Of a stretch of DNA of 64,000 nt, positions 25,576-38,754 are shown in pieces. This DNA comes from Zygnema circumcarinatum SAG 698-1b (lineage: Eukaryota; Plantae; Zygnematophyceae). Position 1 is the stretch's first letter. The number at the start of each line of letters is the position of its first letter. The translations under genes were made by a program, and so were the position numbers. Below the pieces are notes generated by a model. That model searched no databases, was not told the DNA's origin, and was given only the letters and a program-made list of their open reading frames with translations. The stretch is from positions 1,178,001-1,242,000 of the forward strand of contig CM074811.1 of NCBI GenBank assembly GCA_037447605.1, in the 5' to 3' direction.

Positions 25576-26344
25576 CCTGGCTAAAGGCCAAAGGTCAGAC
25601 ACTAGGCGCCACGGACGCCACGGACGCCACGGACGGACCAATAGGAGCGGGCTTGAAAGAGGCAACCAATTCAGAGGAGTATGATGTCGGTGGCCAGTAA
25701 CAGGACGACACGTGGCGCTGGGGGCCAATCACAGCGAGGGGCGGCGGCCGGTACATTATTGAGAGGCGCCGCGAGAGGGAGGGAGGGATGGAGGGCGAGA
25801 GGGAGGGAGAGAGGGAGGGAGGTACCATTGAGCAGTGGGACTGTGGGCCCGTCTGCGTTTGATTCATCCTTCATCTACTGATAAGGGGGCGCCCTGTGCT
25901 GCATGGTAATGAAGAAGAAGCGGAAATTTGTAAATCAATTGTGGAGGTTCTGTCGTTATGTAAAAGGATAATCTCTTGAAACTGTGCTTCTCTCTGTGAT
26001 ATATGGTGTTCTCTGAATGGCAAGCTCGGACGAGCTGTACGGATGATGATGAACCCATGGGGATTTCTTATGTAAATACCCCATTCACCATCTTTTGCAT
26101 ACCCTCCTCCTTTGAGTAAGTTTTTTATCCAAGCAGCGATTGAGCTCAAAACTTCAAAAATTAAAAACCTGGTGGGACCGTCTCTGATGCCGCTCTTAAT
26201 TATGAAAATTCCTTTTTTCTTGCAGGCTCAAACCAAACTCCTAATTAAAACTGGCTTTGAGCTCGCGCTGAGCTGAAACTTTTGGGTTACATCCAGGCCC
26301 TTTATTTTTTTTTTTTGTTAGTTCCTGCGACGATCTTCGTGGTG

Positions 26345-26564
26345 ATGGCGGCCTCAGAGCAGTCAAAGTTTATCTACGCTTTTGTCGCTAGCGGGAGGAC
26401 GGTCCTGGCGGAGTACTCGGCCTTTAAGGGCAACTTTCCCTCTCTGGCGGTGGAGTGCCTTCAGAGTTTGCCAAAAAGCGGCACTTTTTCATTCACGCAT
26501 CACAAGCACATCTTCAATTACGTGGTTGAGGGCGGCTTTGGTAAACTTCAAGTCAGTCATAACA

Positions 26565-26598
<34 letters not shown>

Positions 26599-28339
26599 TT
26601 AATTAATTAATATAATATTATATATAGTATATAATTAGAGCTTGTTTTTCAGATAAAAAAAAAGGCATGAAACTTTCCATGTTACTTTGTTTTCGGGCCA
26701 CTATTCCTTCTTTTGGTACGGTTTCACAAACCCAGATTTTGGAATTTGCATATTTCGCATTCTATGCTAGGTAGGCTTCTTTAAAAATCCCAGTTTTCAG
26801 AGCTTGCGTATTCACCTTCATTCTTTCTGTATGCCTTTAAGAACCCACTTTTCTGAATTTGGAGAATTTCCATTGATTGGCAGCGTACATGGTCCTCGTG
26901 GAGGAAACTTTACCTCAGTACCTCGCTTTTGGGTTTTTGGAAAATGTGAAATTCGATTTCAGCAAGTATCGGAAGGAGGCCCAGACAGCGCCGTATCTTG
27001 CATTGAATGAAACTTTTGGGTAAGCACCTTTACTATCTACTTTTTATTGGACCAGTGATTTGGGCAATAAAATTAGGCCCAAAAAATGTTTTTGGCACAT
27101 TAAACAGTAGCATGCTTGCTATAGGTTTATAAAAAACGCATTGTTGCTCTTTAGCACTTATTTTTTACGCTGTTTGTCTTTTCTCGTCAACTTTGTCCTG
27201 CTTTTCCTCTTCTGTGTTAGTAATGAAGAGGGCTCAATGTGTAAGCTGTTCTTCAACTGTGGCCCTCGTTCTGGCTTCGAACTCACTTGAAAGAGCAGAG
27301 TCAAATTGGCATTGGCATTTACTTCTCTCTCTCTTCTCTCTCTTCGCTTTCCCTTTTCTTTTTCCAACCCGACTCGATAGCATGTGATGGCGTGGTGGTG
27401 GGGCATGCAGCCCAAAGCTGAAGGAGCGAATGGGGTATATGGAGGCGCACCCACAGGAGTTTGACAAGTTTGCTAAAATCACAGCGCAGGTGCAGCGATT
27501 GTTATATACTTCAGGATCTCATGAAGCCATTCATCAATCTCATGATGCATGGACGCACATTGGACATTTGTTAAGCAAGCTGGTTTCAGCAACTTGCGAA
27601 CCCATAGAGAAAGAAGCATCATTAGTGCTGTTTCTTACGCATCACTGGTGTTGATAAAGTACAATCGATGCATGGCTTTGCAGGTCCATGAGGTGGAGGG
27701 GGTGATGAAGGAGGCAATCGATAAAGTAAAGTCCTAAACTCTTCCAAAGGACCCCACCTATGCGCAGCCCGTTTGAGAAGCAGCCTATGGTATACATGAC
27801 TTTAGGAAAAGGCTTCTCAGTTACAGCGTTATTGTCTTGTAGAGTGGGCGCTGTAAGTGCATTTTGGGTCTTTGACTTAATCGAGAGGGTCCCTGGTTGC
27901 GGGTTTGCTGGTCCGCAGGCTCTACGGAGAGGAGAGAAACTTGAAATTTTGATCGACAAAACTGACCAACTGCGAGAGCAGGTAATGATTAACTTTATCG
28001 ATTGCTGCTCGGAAATACTGTTCTTTTCGGGTAACCTCGACACATCGTTTTGCTTTTCTTCCTCCGCTGTGGGAGCATTATCACTTATCAAGACAAAAAG
28101 AGTGGCTAAGCTGTATGAACACCCCCCCATTCCCCCCCTTGTTTTTTGCAGTTTTTAATTCATTATCAAGAGGGTTTTTTCTGGGTTGTCAGGCGCACAT
28201 GTTCCAGAAGACGAGCGAGCATATTCAGACAAAAATGTGGTACGAAAATTTAAAAGTCAAACTTGTGGTTGTCGGCGTTCTTATCCTCCTCGCCTTCTTC
28301 GTCTACCTCTCCATATGCGGAGGAATCACGTGCAATTGA
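26345..28339 (+). CDS. Longin R-SNARE, VAMP7/VAMP72-like (6 exons)
   Basis: MAASEQSKFIYAFVASGRTVLAEYSAFKGNF... longin domain, then SNARE motif VHEVEGVMKEAIDKALRRGEKLEILIDKTDQLREQ, then KMWYENLKVKL + TM + CGGITCN*. GT-AG junctions checked at 26540, about 26883, about 27411, about 27684, about 27919 and about 28193. Confidence 0.92.
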
Positions 28340-29525
28340 CGTCATGAAAGGGTAGTCCAATCGTCGTAAACAGTGGGAGCCTGCCTTTTGAAAGTAGTCT
28401 ACTCAGTTTTTCTGCCCCCCCTGGGGCTACAGTCACTCAGAGAAGTGATTCATACACGTAGAAAAAAGGAAAGCGGGAACTGTCCATTAGCAGGAAAGGC
28501 ATGGAAATGTAAATATTATGTTTACACGTATGCAGTCGAGGAGGATCTCGTCCTTTCAGATGTTTTTTTAGATTTGGTAGACGCCTAGGCGGTTTCACAA
28601 GCGCCTTCTTCGTTTATGAAGAACATTGACTCTTTTTCTGCAATTTTAGGCTGTACATAGCGACTTTGTCAAAAGATATTGCCTATAAGAATCATTTCAT
28701 GTTGACTTTATCAGGATCAAATCCTGAGCTGCATCAGAATCAGAAACATCAGAATATGGGCGGCTGATGTGAACAAGCATGAAATGGACAAGCAAAAAGA
28801 TTGAAAGGCTCTTCATTCCCCATAGGTTACAGCTCATATGTCATCAGATATTTTAGGGAAATCTCGTTTTATTTCATTTATTTTTCAATATATGAACTTA
28901 CCTTCATGCCATGACACAACTACAACATCCCAATCCTTCGCCATCCCTCTCTACTCACACAAAGACCGTACAGAAGCTCAAAAAATTTACTCTGGCGACC
29001 TTGAAAGAAGGCATCCCCACTAAATAGGACAAAACCCAACTACTGTACCAATCGAGAATAACTTAAACAAGCCTGCAGTTTCACATATAGACGCTGTAAT
29101 ATGTGACAAGAGACAGGCTTGCTTTGTTCATTTATAATAAAAGCAAGCAAGTGCTTCTTACTCAGCTTGCAAGAGGTCCCGGAGCGAGAGAGACCGGAAC
29201 ACCAAGGCTGACAGGTCCCGGAGGGAGAGTTCCTTGACTATTCCTTTCTGCTCCAACCCTCACATACCACCCATTAGCCTCTCTCTCCTCTCGCCTTCCC
29301 TTCCACTCTCTTCTCTCTCTCCTTTCCAGTCCAGCCTTTCAAGAAGCAAGAGAAGCTCTCTTGCTCAAAGAATTGGCCACTCGCCCGAAAACTCCTTCCC
29401 CTCTCCACCTCCCCCCCTCTCCCTTTCCTTCTCATTCCCCCTCCACCCAATACAGAGGTAAAGGACAAAGAATAGTGGTTTAAGGCCAAAGTCAACAGGC
29501 GCTTGATAAAGTCAACATTTTTTCT

Positions 29526-32500
29526 TCACTTACGAATGTTTCCCGCATAAATGAGGCGCAGTCGCTCGTTAAGAAGGACTTGCATTGCCTGAGTGAGAGT
29601 TTCCGTGTTCACTTGAAGGTCATAGCGGATGTTATCCAAGAACCTGCACAAGCAAGATAAGACAAAAAAATCATAGAAGGGAAAGTCGACCACCGTCCCG
29701 GTGACGAGTTTTAAGACCACTTTGGTTGTAAAATTTGAGAGTTTCTTGGCTCTTTGATGCTTGTTTAGTTCCGAGATGTGGATACGTACGCTTTCTGCCA
29801 ATAAAACGAGCCCAGAATCTGTCGATATGTGCGCCCAGTTGTAACCATTCCGTCCCAAATCCGTTGCAGTGCGTAAAAGTCCGTAAAGACATTATCGAAT
29901 GCAATGTTGAGGAACCCACCCAGCAGACTATCGTCGATGCGGGCCAGCTCAGAAATCTGCCATTCCAACCTCCGCAAAGTTGATCTTTAGCTCATCGAAG
30001 ATCAACATTTCCACCACCTGCTATTCTCGCTTCTTTATTCTTCTAAAGCCGATCATTTCGTTAAATTAAACTCATCAAACGACATGCACCGGTCGAACAA
30101 ACCACTTCCACTGGCAAAAGGAAAACGAGCTCCACTTTCTCCTTATTACTCTTTATGTTCTTCCACTTATTATACTAGAAGCCGACTCTTACCGGCATAA
30201 AAGGCGAATAATAGACTGCGCGTTGGACTTCCTCCTGTGACAGCTGAGCATGTTTTGCAGCTTCTGAAATCCTACCCACAAAAAGGTTCTCAGAAACAAA
30301 CAGTTCAGGACGAAATACACAGAGTTCAAATAACGACAACGACAAGTACGGCCCCTCCAACACCAGCCCTAAAAGTGAGGTTTTGCACGCTTACTTGTAC
30401 TGAGCAGTGAGACCTGCAATAGTGCTGACCAGGCCTCCATTGTCAAAAGCAAAAGCATCGATAGTTTGCGCTCTCAGTGCTCCTCGAAGAAGCGACATCG
30501 ATATTTCGATATATCGGAGTGCTTCTCCGACATGAGCCAAAGCGCGTTCCTGAGCAGCTTCAGCAGAAAGAATGTCCCTCCTTCGGGAAGATAACAAAGC
30601 AACCTACAAAAGCGTTGACCAGACTGGTAAGAGAGAGAGAGAGAGGGAGGGTGGAAGTAGATATAAGGACAGAGGAGGGAGGGGAGTGAGAGCGGAGGGA
30701 GAGCGGGAGAGGGGCGGCAGAGGACAATGAGATGAGAAGGGGAAGGAGGAGTGGCGAGAGAGGGAAGGGCGGGAGGTAGAGTGACAAAGAGCGACCGGGT
30801 AAGGAGAGAGGGGGCGGTAAGGGAAGGGATATGCATAAAAGTTGAGTCCCAAAAAACTACCCACATTTTGCTCGGCCACATTTTCCGCGGGATCTCCGCC
30901 ATCCCATCCGCCATACAACTGTTCCAGAATCGCCAGTTGACGTTTTTCTTTCTCAGCTTTCAGATTCACCTGCATGACGTCATGCTACCTTCAAGTCATC
31001 ACGTTGTTGGCATAAAATGACACCAACTGCCATGTCCTCTTTTCCGAACAATGCAGACCCGGAGAGCCTATTGAACAGCAAGAACAACCACCATCCTTCG
31101 CCCTAACAACTTCAACTTTAAACAACAAAAAGCTTATCTACAGCGTCTGTTTCCACCATGCACAACTCCACCCTAAACAGGAATCACGATTTCCTTCCCA
31201 TATCCTCGCAGACCCTGAACTGTCCAGAAACATAACACAAACACCCCAAAAACGCTCCGTTTGTCAAGATCAGTCCACATATGGTGCCGCTGGTGAGATT
31301 TGAACCTGCGTCTGCGCGTCAGCCAGAAGCTCCTTCGGTCCTTTACAGGCCTCCGCGGCAGCCGCCTCTTCATCGCGAGCATTCTGAAGAACAACCTCTC
31401 CCTCCTTCACATTCTCCTCTGCCGTTTGAAGGCGCCCTTGGTAGTTTTTGATGCTGTTGTCGGAGCCCGCAACAACCAACAAGCAAAGTAGAGCTGGCAA
31501 GGAGGTCAGGTGAGAGGGTTGAGAGCTAAGGGAGGGAGACGGCGGGCGGGGAGGGAGGAGAGGAGAGGGAGAGGGGGAGAGAGAGAGAGATACAGCGAGA
31601 GAAAGAGAGACAGGGAGTTGAACACTCACCATGCAGCAAAGCAGCTCTTCTGCAGCTTTTTCAGCTTCTTCACCAGTTTCTTCTGCCCGGACTCTGCAAC
31701 TTCTCTCTTCGTTTGAGCAAGCTTCAATGCCGCGTTGACTTCCTCCACCAACTTGTTCCCCAAAGAAGGAAAATATGCAAATACATACAAACTGGTCACC
31801 TCCAAACTCGTCCTCACATTGCAAAGAAGCATATAATTACTGGCAGTTGGTTCAAAACCTCGAGTACGAAGTCTGAATCACTAACAGGGAGGGCACTCTT
31901 AAATGAGAAGCCTGTTCCATCGTTACATTAATGACACTCACTAATAAATCAACTCGCTAACACATTTCAATACTAACCACAACAGTCCATTTCCAAGATG
32001 AGCGCTCAAGTTAACTGTTGTAATTGCTATTGTCACAATCATTATCATATTACCATCATCGTAAAGTGGTTACGATAATGATGATAATAATACTAATGAT
32101 AATAAAAATGATGATGATGGCATTACCATAACAATGGTGAGGAGATGAGCGGTACCTGCTGCTGACCATAGAGGCGCGCCTCTGCGCCCTCCAGCCTCTG
32201 GATCTCCTCCTGCTGGCGGAAAAACTCCTCCTTCAGACCCTCCGCCCAGCCCTCACCATTTTCCGGAGGGGGTTGGTACTCCGCCTGCCGCACACTCGTC
32301 GACCGCTTCGTGGCCTGACCATAGTGCTGCGCCCTCCCTACATGCGTGCCCTCAGAAACCGAACAAAGGAAGACACAGGAGAGAGAGAGAGAGAGACAGC
32401 GATAGAGTGAGAACGAGAGCAATGTACCTCTCTGTAGTCGAGGGCCTCCTCTCCCGCCAGATGCGTGGGCTTTTCAAAATCCACAGCAGGACGCGGCTTC

Positions 32501-32562
32501 CCCGGCTCCGGCACGAACTCCACCGCCGCCTCCTCCTCCGGGGTGCGCCGCCTTTGCGCCAT
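29526..32562 (-). CDS. Uncharacterised coiled-coil protein (about 9 exons)
   Basis: Chain of helical exons with GT-AG ends, mostly joinable in frame (the exon 2 and exon 6 acceptors are uncertain): MAQRRRTPEEE / EEFFRQQEEIQRLE / LVEEVNAALKLAQTKRE / QLYGGWDGGDPAENVAE / ALAHVGEALRYIE / ISEAAKHAQLSQEEVQRA / LGGFLNIAFDNVFTDFY / LLNERLRLIYAGNIRK*. Confidence 0.78.
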
Positions 32563-32593
32563 GGCCGCCCTCCCAATCCCCCTCCCCCTTCCC

Positions 32594-32625
<32 letters not shown>

Positions 32626-33231
32626 TCTCTCCCTGTCTCCCTCCCTCTCCCCCTCTCCCTCCCTTCCGCCCGCCCACCCTCGCACTTGAAGGGCCCAACT
32701 CCTGCAACTCGCCGCCTCACACTCACAGGTTAGATCCAGCCTTGGCCAGTTGGCCCCCACCCAGTCAGCCTGCATCCAATGGGATGGCGCCACGTGTACA
32801 TTCCCTGCACGCGCTGCGATTGGCCGGGTTTGCCACGTGGCAGTCGTCCTCCAAGAGTCCCGGAAAGAAACCGTCCCCATTGGTCTGCAGCCATCAGGCC
32901 CTGCCACGCTGGTCAACCGTGGTCACCGCAGGTTGAAGTCGACAGGCGGCGCCGACCAGGTACGGTAACCGCGGTGGGTGTGGACGGACGCTGAAACTGT
33001 CCACGTGGCGTGCAATGATTGGCCGAAGTCGCCCTTAAAGGCGGGGCCCGAAAATGTGAAATCTGACGTAAGGCAATTTGGGATTCCCACATGGAACCCA
33101 CCCTCAAAAACTGCCCGGATGCCGATCCATGTCGCTGTTCCATGCTGTTTCAAGTAATTTTAGAAATTTAGGTTTACGTGGCATCAAGTTATTGGACAAT
33201 TGATTTTTTTCCAAGGTACGACCCTACGAAT

Positions 33232-33390
33232 AGGGGGTGTCAGACTTAAAAAATTTCAGTACGCGTGTTCGTAAGTTTGACATCAGAACGAGTACTCCAG
33301 TATAATCGCAATCCTCCTGCGGCGGAGTACTTTCGTAACCTTTTTTTTCGTAACGCTTTTCGTAAGATTTTGTTAAGTCTGACACCCCCT
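33232..33390. mobile_element. Short-TIR MITE (element C)
   Basis: Perfect TIR AGGGGGTGTCAGACTTAA / TTAAGTCTGACACCCCCT with internal CGTAA repeats. Flanks AAT (33229-33231) and AATGG (33391-33395). Confidence 0.9.
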
Positions 33391-33916
33391 AATGGCGCGG
33401 CTCTCCGAGAAGGCTCCACCTGGTGGTGACGTCACAAACGACCAGTGCGGTCAAATTCGTACAGCTCGTACGCCACCGTGGTCGTGTCTGCCTATCAAAA
33501 ATTGCCACGTCACCACGCTTATGCTCCGAAGGTACGAATACCGTACAGAAAATGTACGAAACGGTACTGTACTGTACTTGCAAGTGGGTGAGTACACATG
33601 TACGGACGGCCTCCTGCAATTCCCCTCTTGCAGAAACTTCTTGTCCCTCCCCTCTCTCTTCCTGTCTCCTTCTCCCTCTCCCCTCTCCCTCTTCCCTCTC
33701 CCTCTTCCCTCTCTGGGGTAGTCTGGAGATCCGCTCTGTGCATGTGATATTCAGCGTCTCGGGCCTTGATCCCCGCTGATTTCTTTTCTGATTTATTCGT
33801 GGAGTCGTTTGTTCTGTGAAGCGTTTATTTTGGCACCTGGTTTGCTTTGATGGCTGGGCCATCGTGAAGATGTTGATGAAACTGTTATTGAAGGACGTGT
33901 ATCTCAAGCTGCAGCC

Positions 33917-36900
33917 ATGGCGTCCATGGTGGACGGAATGCGTCACCCTCGCCATGGCGTTTTCTCCGCGGCTCTGGTCATAGTCATTTTGGCTATAACT
34001 TTCAATTCCTTCTCACAAGCGCTTGAAGATGGCTGTCAACACAGCAGGCTGTATCATGACGAATGCAGAGCTCTTGTGGACTTGCATCACCTTTTTGACC
34101 AGAATTCCTTCGCAAGGAATTGGCCGGATCTTGCTTATTTGGCCTGGAACCTCACGAAAGACCCTTGCAAGAGCTGGTATGGCGTCCTTTGCGCGGAGGT
34201 ATGAGCTGAATTCCTTCTGTTAGTCTTGCGTGTGAGCAGCTACCATTGGTTATGTCTGGAATGCTGCTCGCCTGCAATATGTTTGGAACTTCTGGTTATG
34301 CTAGATATAGTGAAAGCCGATCTTTGTGTCGGTTTGCAATTTGGAAAGTCAAGCTACAATGAAGAATATATTGAAGAAGCTTGATAGCAGATAATGATTT
34401 TTCCTCTAGCGGTCGGTGGAGGGCCGTCCCTACCGCCCACTAAGGTGTCAAACTTTCTTCGTTCCAATTTTTGGAATGGAGGGCCAGTGAACACTCTCAG
34501 CAGACGTGCCTTTTAAGCAGTTAGTGTTCCGGAGTCTCCTTTGGAAGGACTCAAACATACTTGGTGTACATTGGATTGCATATGTGATAAGAACAGGGGA
34601 TAGAGGACTGGACATGCGCATGTGCAACTTTTCGTGTATGCCAATGGTAATTGAATTGCGGTGTCACGTATGTAGAAATCCTATGCAGCAGTCGGGGAAG
34701 CATTCAAACTTCCGTTTTAAGCCTTGCTTTTAGGCCTAGAAATGTGCATGTGCATTCGGGGCTCAGTTGGACTGTCTTCAGTTCAATACTCACAGGACGA
34801 CCACCCATGCTATTATGTGATGCAAGCAAGACAATGCCACTTGCGGTTTTTGGGTCGTTAAAAGGTCGTTGCATCATCACTGGACATGATTGCCTCTCTG
34901 CTTCTGATCCTCTGCAGGTCAATGGCGGGCTTAACCGCACTGTAACCTCTCTAGACCTTTCGGGCAAGGAATCTGTTGGCTATGGTGCGCTATTATACGG
35001 TGCGAAAATTCCGGATTCAATTATGAAACTCAAGAATTTGACATCTTTGGACTTGTCTAGCAATTACTTTTCCTCTTACTCGATTTCGAACTCGAGTTTT
35101 GCGGCATGGAATCTGCCATATCTGCAGGTGAGACGGTTTTTCTGGTGAGGACGTGGGGAATCCTGGAATCCGAGCAACAGTCAAGACGAGTCTCAAAGGC
35201 TTGTCATATTCACTCAGGAAAACTGTGAATGTGACTTATCGACACCTGCTGGTTGTGCAGTTTGAATCAGGGCCTTTCCTGCCCTTTCTTCCTTTGCCAT
35301 GTCTCTGCGTTCAAGCCCACCTTTTCGGATTATTTGCATCCTTTCAAAAAAAAGATTCAATGCATTTGTGACATTCGCTTCATATAGCATCGCCGTTTGC
35401 GTCATTCTTCCATACGATGACAACGTTCACATGTTTTTAATGAAGCGGAATGCTCATGTGTGATGCATTCACAAATGAATTATGATGTGCTTACATTCCA
35501 GGTGCACATCTCTAAGAAGTGGGTGATGCCTCAATTTGCGTTCTGATACTCTTTCCACTGCCTTGTGCTTTTTGGCATACTCCACCTTTAAAGAACCTCA
35601 CGCTGAAGAACAACGTGTTTATGGAGATTCCATATGAAATAGCGACTCTTCCTATGTTGCAATTTCTGGACTTCAGCAATAATCCGGTACTTCTGTCCTT
35701 GTCAGGGCTCCGATCAACCCTTTGCTACTTTGAATTGTGACTGTACTTGTAAGCGACTGTACAGTTTATTGTGAGCAGGAAAGCTATCGTGAACGCATTT
35801 CTCGGTCTCGTAGTTTGGATATCTCTGTACGCCAAAGTAGGCCGTGGCTCTCTCCTGCCATTTCCTTTTTAACAGTCTATCCACTGAAGGGTACTTCCAA
35901 AGCTGGAGGGTGCTGTCTTAAGAGACTTTTGTATGGGTGCATGCAGCTGAGTCCACCGCTGAGATCGAATGTTGGGACATGGGACAGTCTCGTGTATTTT
36001 AATCTCAGCAGGTGCTCGGTTTATGGGTCTGTACCATACTTTATTCGTGGTGAGTTCCTCTACATCCTGAACGCAGAAACATAGATTGTCTGTCTATCCT
36101 GGTAGTCAGGGTGAGTTAGGCCAACTGAGGTGGAGGCTGTAAATCGTCCGGATTGGCGCAAACAGTCAAGAGAGAGCGAGGGATAGGAGGAGGAGAGGAG
36201 TAGCTTCAGGGGGGAAAAATCGTTTCCGCTTGTTATTTGGTAGTTCTGTGTGATGGTGACATCCACAGGCTCTTAGTTTAGTTTGACAAGGGACTTCACT
36301 GCAGAAAAAAAGAATTACTTTCTTCTCTCTTGTTTTTGCATGACAGGTGGTAGTCAGAGTCTGTGCAGATATGGTCAGACTGAAAGTCTTGGATCTTTCG
36401 CATAACCAGCTTTCAGGCTCAATCCCTGACTGGCTTGGAGAACTCCGGAATCTTCAGGTAAAACCTGAGCTTTAAATGGCAGCCCTAATTTCATACTTCC
36501 AGTTGACCTTCATTTCCACTATCCGTTTCCCCCCTCCACTTTTCATTGAAACTGAAAGCAAAGCCCTTTTTCTCTTTAGAATAAGAAAAAGAATCATGAT
36601 TTCCTAGACAGTCCTTCACTCCCGTAGCGCCTAAGTCTATAGGTGAAATGCCTGCTCCGCTATTCAGTCTATGACAGACAGGAGAACTTTTACTGTTTCA
36701 TTCTGAAACTTGAGTTCCCCACTTTCATTCACTGATGCCAGCCATGACTTCACATACCTGATTGTCTCTCCCCTTCAAAACAGTTATATTCGTGTAATGT
36801 GTAAAGTGTCGGGTGTCAAAAAGGGAATGGTCAGTGAGTTTTATGTTGAGTGCTCGTTACTCATTGGGTTTGCCCATCTATTCTGCAATAATTGCAGTAT

Positions 36901-37767
36901 CTTAATCTGGACGAAAATCGATTTTCTGGGCAAGCACCTTGGTTCTTGTATCGTATACCGGAGGTGCACCTCAATGGCAATATTGTCTGCAGGTGCTGTC
37001 TTCCCCCAGCAATTTGCTTTTTCTTTCTTTACTATTTGAAACCCTGATCGGAACTTCAGGGTTCTGAATATTCCAAAAGTTCAGTTTTTTTGTTAGTGTC
37101 GCATGCTGCGCTTTTCACATTCCCACCTCTTTATATGACGTCATGCAAATCTATAGGTTTTTGGTGACTCTCCTCGTTGTTCACTTTCTTGTTTTCGTGC
37201 AGTCGAAGCTTTGGATCTCCATGCAAGTCCTTCTCCTCCATCTACCTGTGGCTGGTGGTCGCTGTCGGTACTTGCATTGCTGTGATGACTGTCTGTGCCA
37301 CTGTCTGCATCTACTTGAACTACCGCGGGAGGTGAGAGCGTCTACCCCATAGCTACACTTCTTGTCTTTTTCCAAAAAAAAAAGAGTTAAAACTTCAAGA
37401 ACGTGGCTGTTATTTTGCCGCCTCCTTCGAGCTATGGAACTCTCACTTCACAGCTCCATTGCGAAGTCCCTCACACGCATTTAGTCTATGAGGGCCAAGC
37501 TCAGTTTGGAGCTCAGTCGGAGCTGAGAAGGGGGAATTGTGTCCATGCAGGCGTGAAGGTGGTGCTGAGAGGACAGATCTGCAGGAGAACCCCCATGGAG
37601 CAGTGCCAGTCTTTGAGGAGGCAAAGGATGAAAGCACTTTGAATATTGAAACCCGGCCGTCCTTTCCCGTTGTTGTTGATGGAAAGATCATAGGAATGGC
37701 CTACGCAGATATGGACACACTGCACGGCGTACCTGAGAGCGGTCACTCTTCGGGGACGGAGAGATAA
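33917..37767 (+). CDS. LRR receptor-like protein (signal peptide, LRRNT, LRRs, TM, short cytoplasmic tail, no kinase)
   Basis: Hydrophobic signal (AALVIVILAITF) and LRRNT cap (WNLTKDPCKSWYGVLC). LRRs LTSLDLSSNYF, LQFLDFSNNP, LKVLDLSHNQLSGSIPDWLGELRNLQ and YLNLDENRFSGQAP. TM IYLWLVVAVGTCIAVMTVCATVCIYL at about 37230-37320. Last exon about 37550-37767. Confidence 0.85.
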
Positions 37768-38754
37768 CCCCGAGCCCAAGGGGGGGGGAGATGGGGCCCG
37801 TGGGAAGGGGGGAAGCTTGAAATGAGTTCCGTTGTTCCCTGAAAGCAGACAGCGATGCTGGTCTGCCTTGAAGCAAATGGATCTGGGCGATGACTGATGA
37901 GAAGCCGAGAAGTTGAGGAGGCTGCAGCTATTCCTCATTGGAGCCGATGGAGCTCAATTGGACTTTCTTCCGCAGCTCGCGCCTGTCGACGAAGGCTCGT
38001 TGATTCCGCTTAGGAAATATGAGTGCTTCTGCGATGGGATCGCTGCGGCGGCGAAGTTACCGCAATAGATTTTCCATTGAAACTTATTTAGAGGTAAATA
38101 ATTCTTTGCTATGTGTTAGAGTTCCTGCTATGCAAAGTATTGGGCTAAGCGAAGTACTGGGCTTTTGACGACATAGGGTGCGGTTAGGGAAGAATAACTT
38201 AGTACGTGGACAGCGCGCCGCTGTAGAAGATGCAATTGACTTAATCGAACGTATCATTAACTTATCGAATGTAGCTTGTTATGAGCATAAACGAAGAGTC
38301 TGTGAAGCCTGTTTATTATCTTTTTAGCCGGGTGACACATTTATGAGACTCCATATGGGTGCATATAGTTTCTGGCAAATGGGTCACGCAGTCTGACTTC
38401 CACAACGTTTTTTATCGCTGGAGAACGTCACCACTCCCCCTCCACACACTCCCCCTCCACACTACCCCCCTCCACCTTTCCTCACTCCCCCCTATTCCAG
38501 CCCCCGTAGCCCCCTCCCTCCACTCCGACCCCCCCCTCCCTCTCCCCCCACTCACCTCTCCCAACCTCCTCCCTCCCCCCTTCCCTCTCCCCACACTGCC
38601 CTCTCCAAACCTCCTCCCTCCCTTCCCCACCCTCTCCCCCCCTCTCCCCTTCCCCCGCCTTGAAAACAAGGCGTGACTTGAAGATACAATGTCACTAGGC
38701 AGACATATTTATGCTTCGTCCTTTTTTTGTAAAAAATACGATAACTTCAACACT

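Noticed and set aside
33229-33395. hAT interpretation (TAGGG termini) of elements B, C and D
   Set aside because: No 8-bp TSD flanks the TAGGG/CCCTA boundaries where I tested them (C and D).
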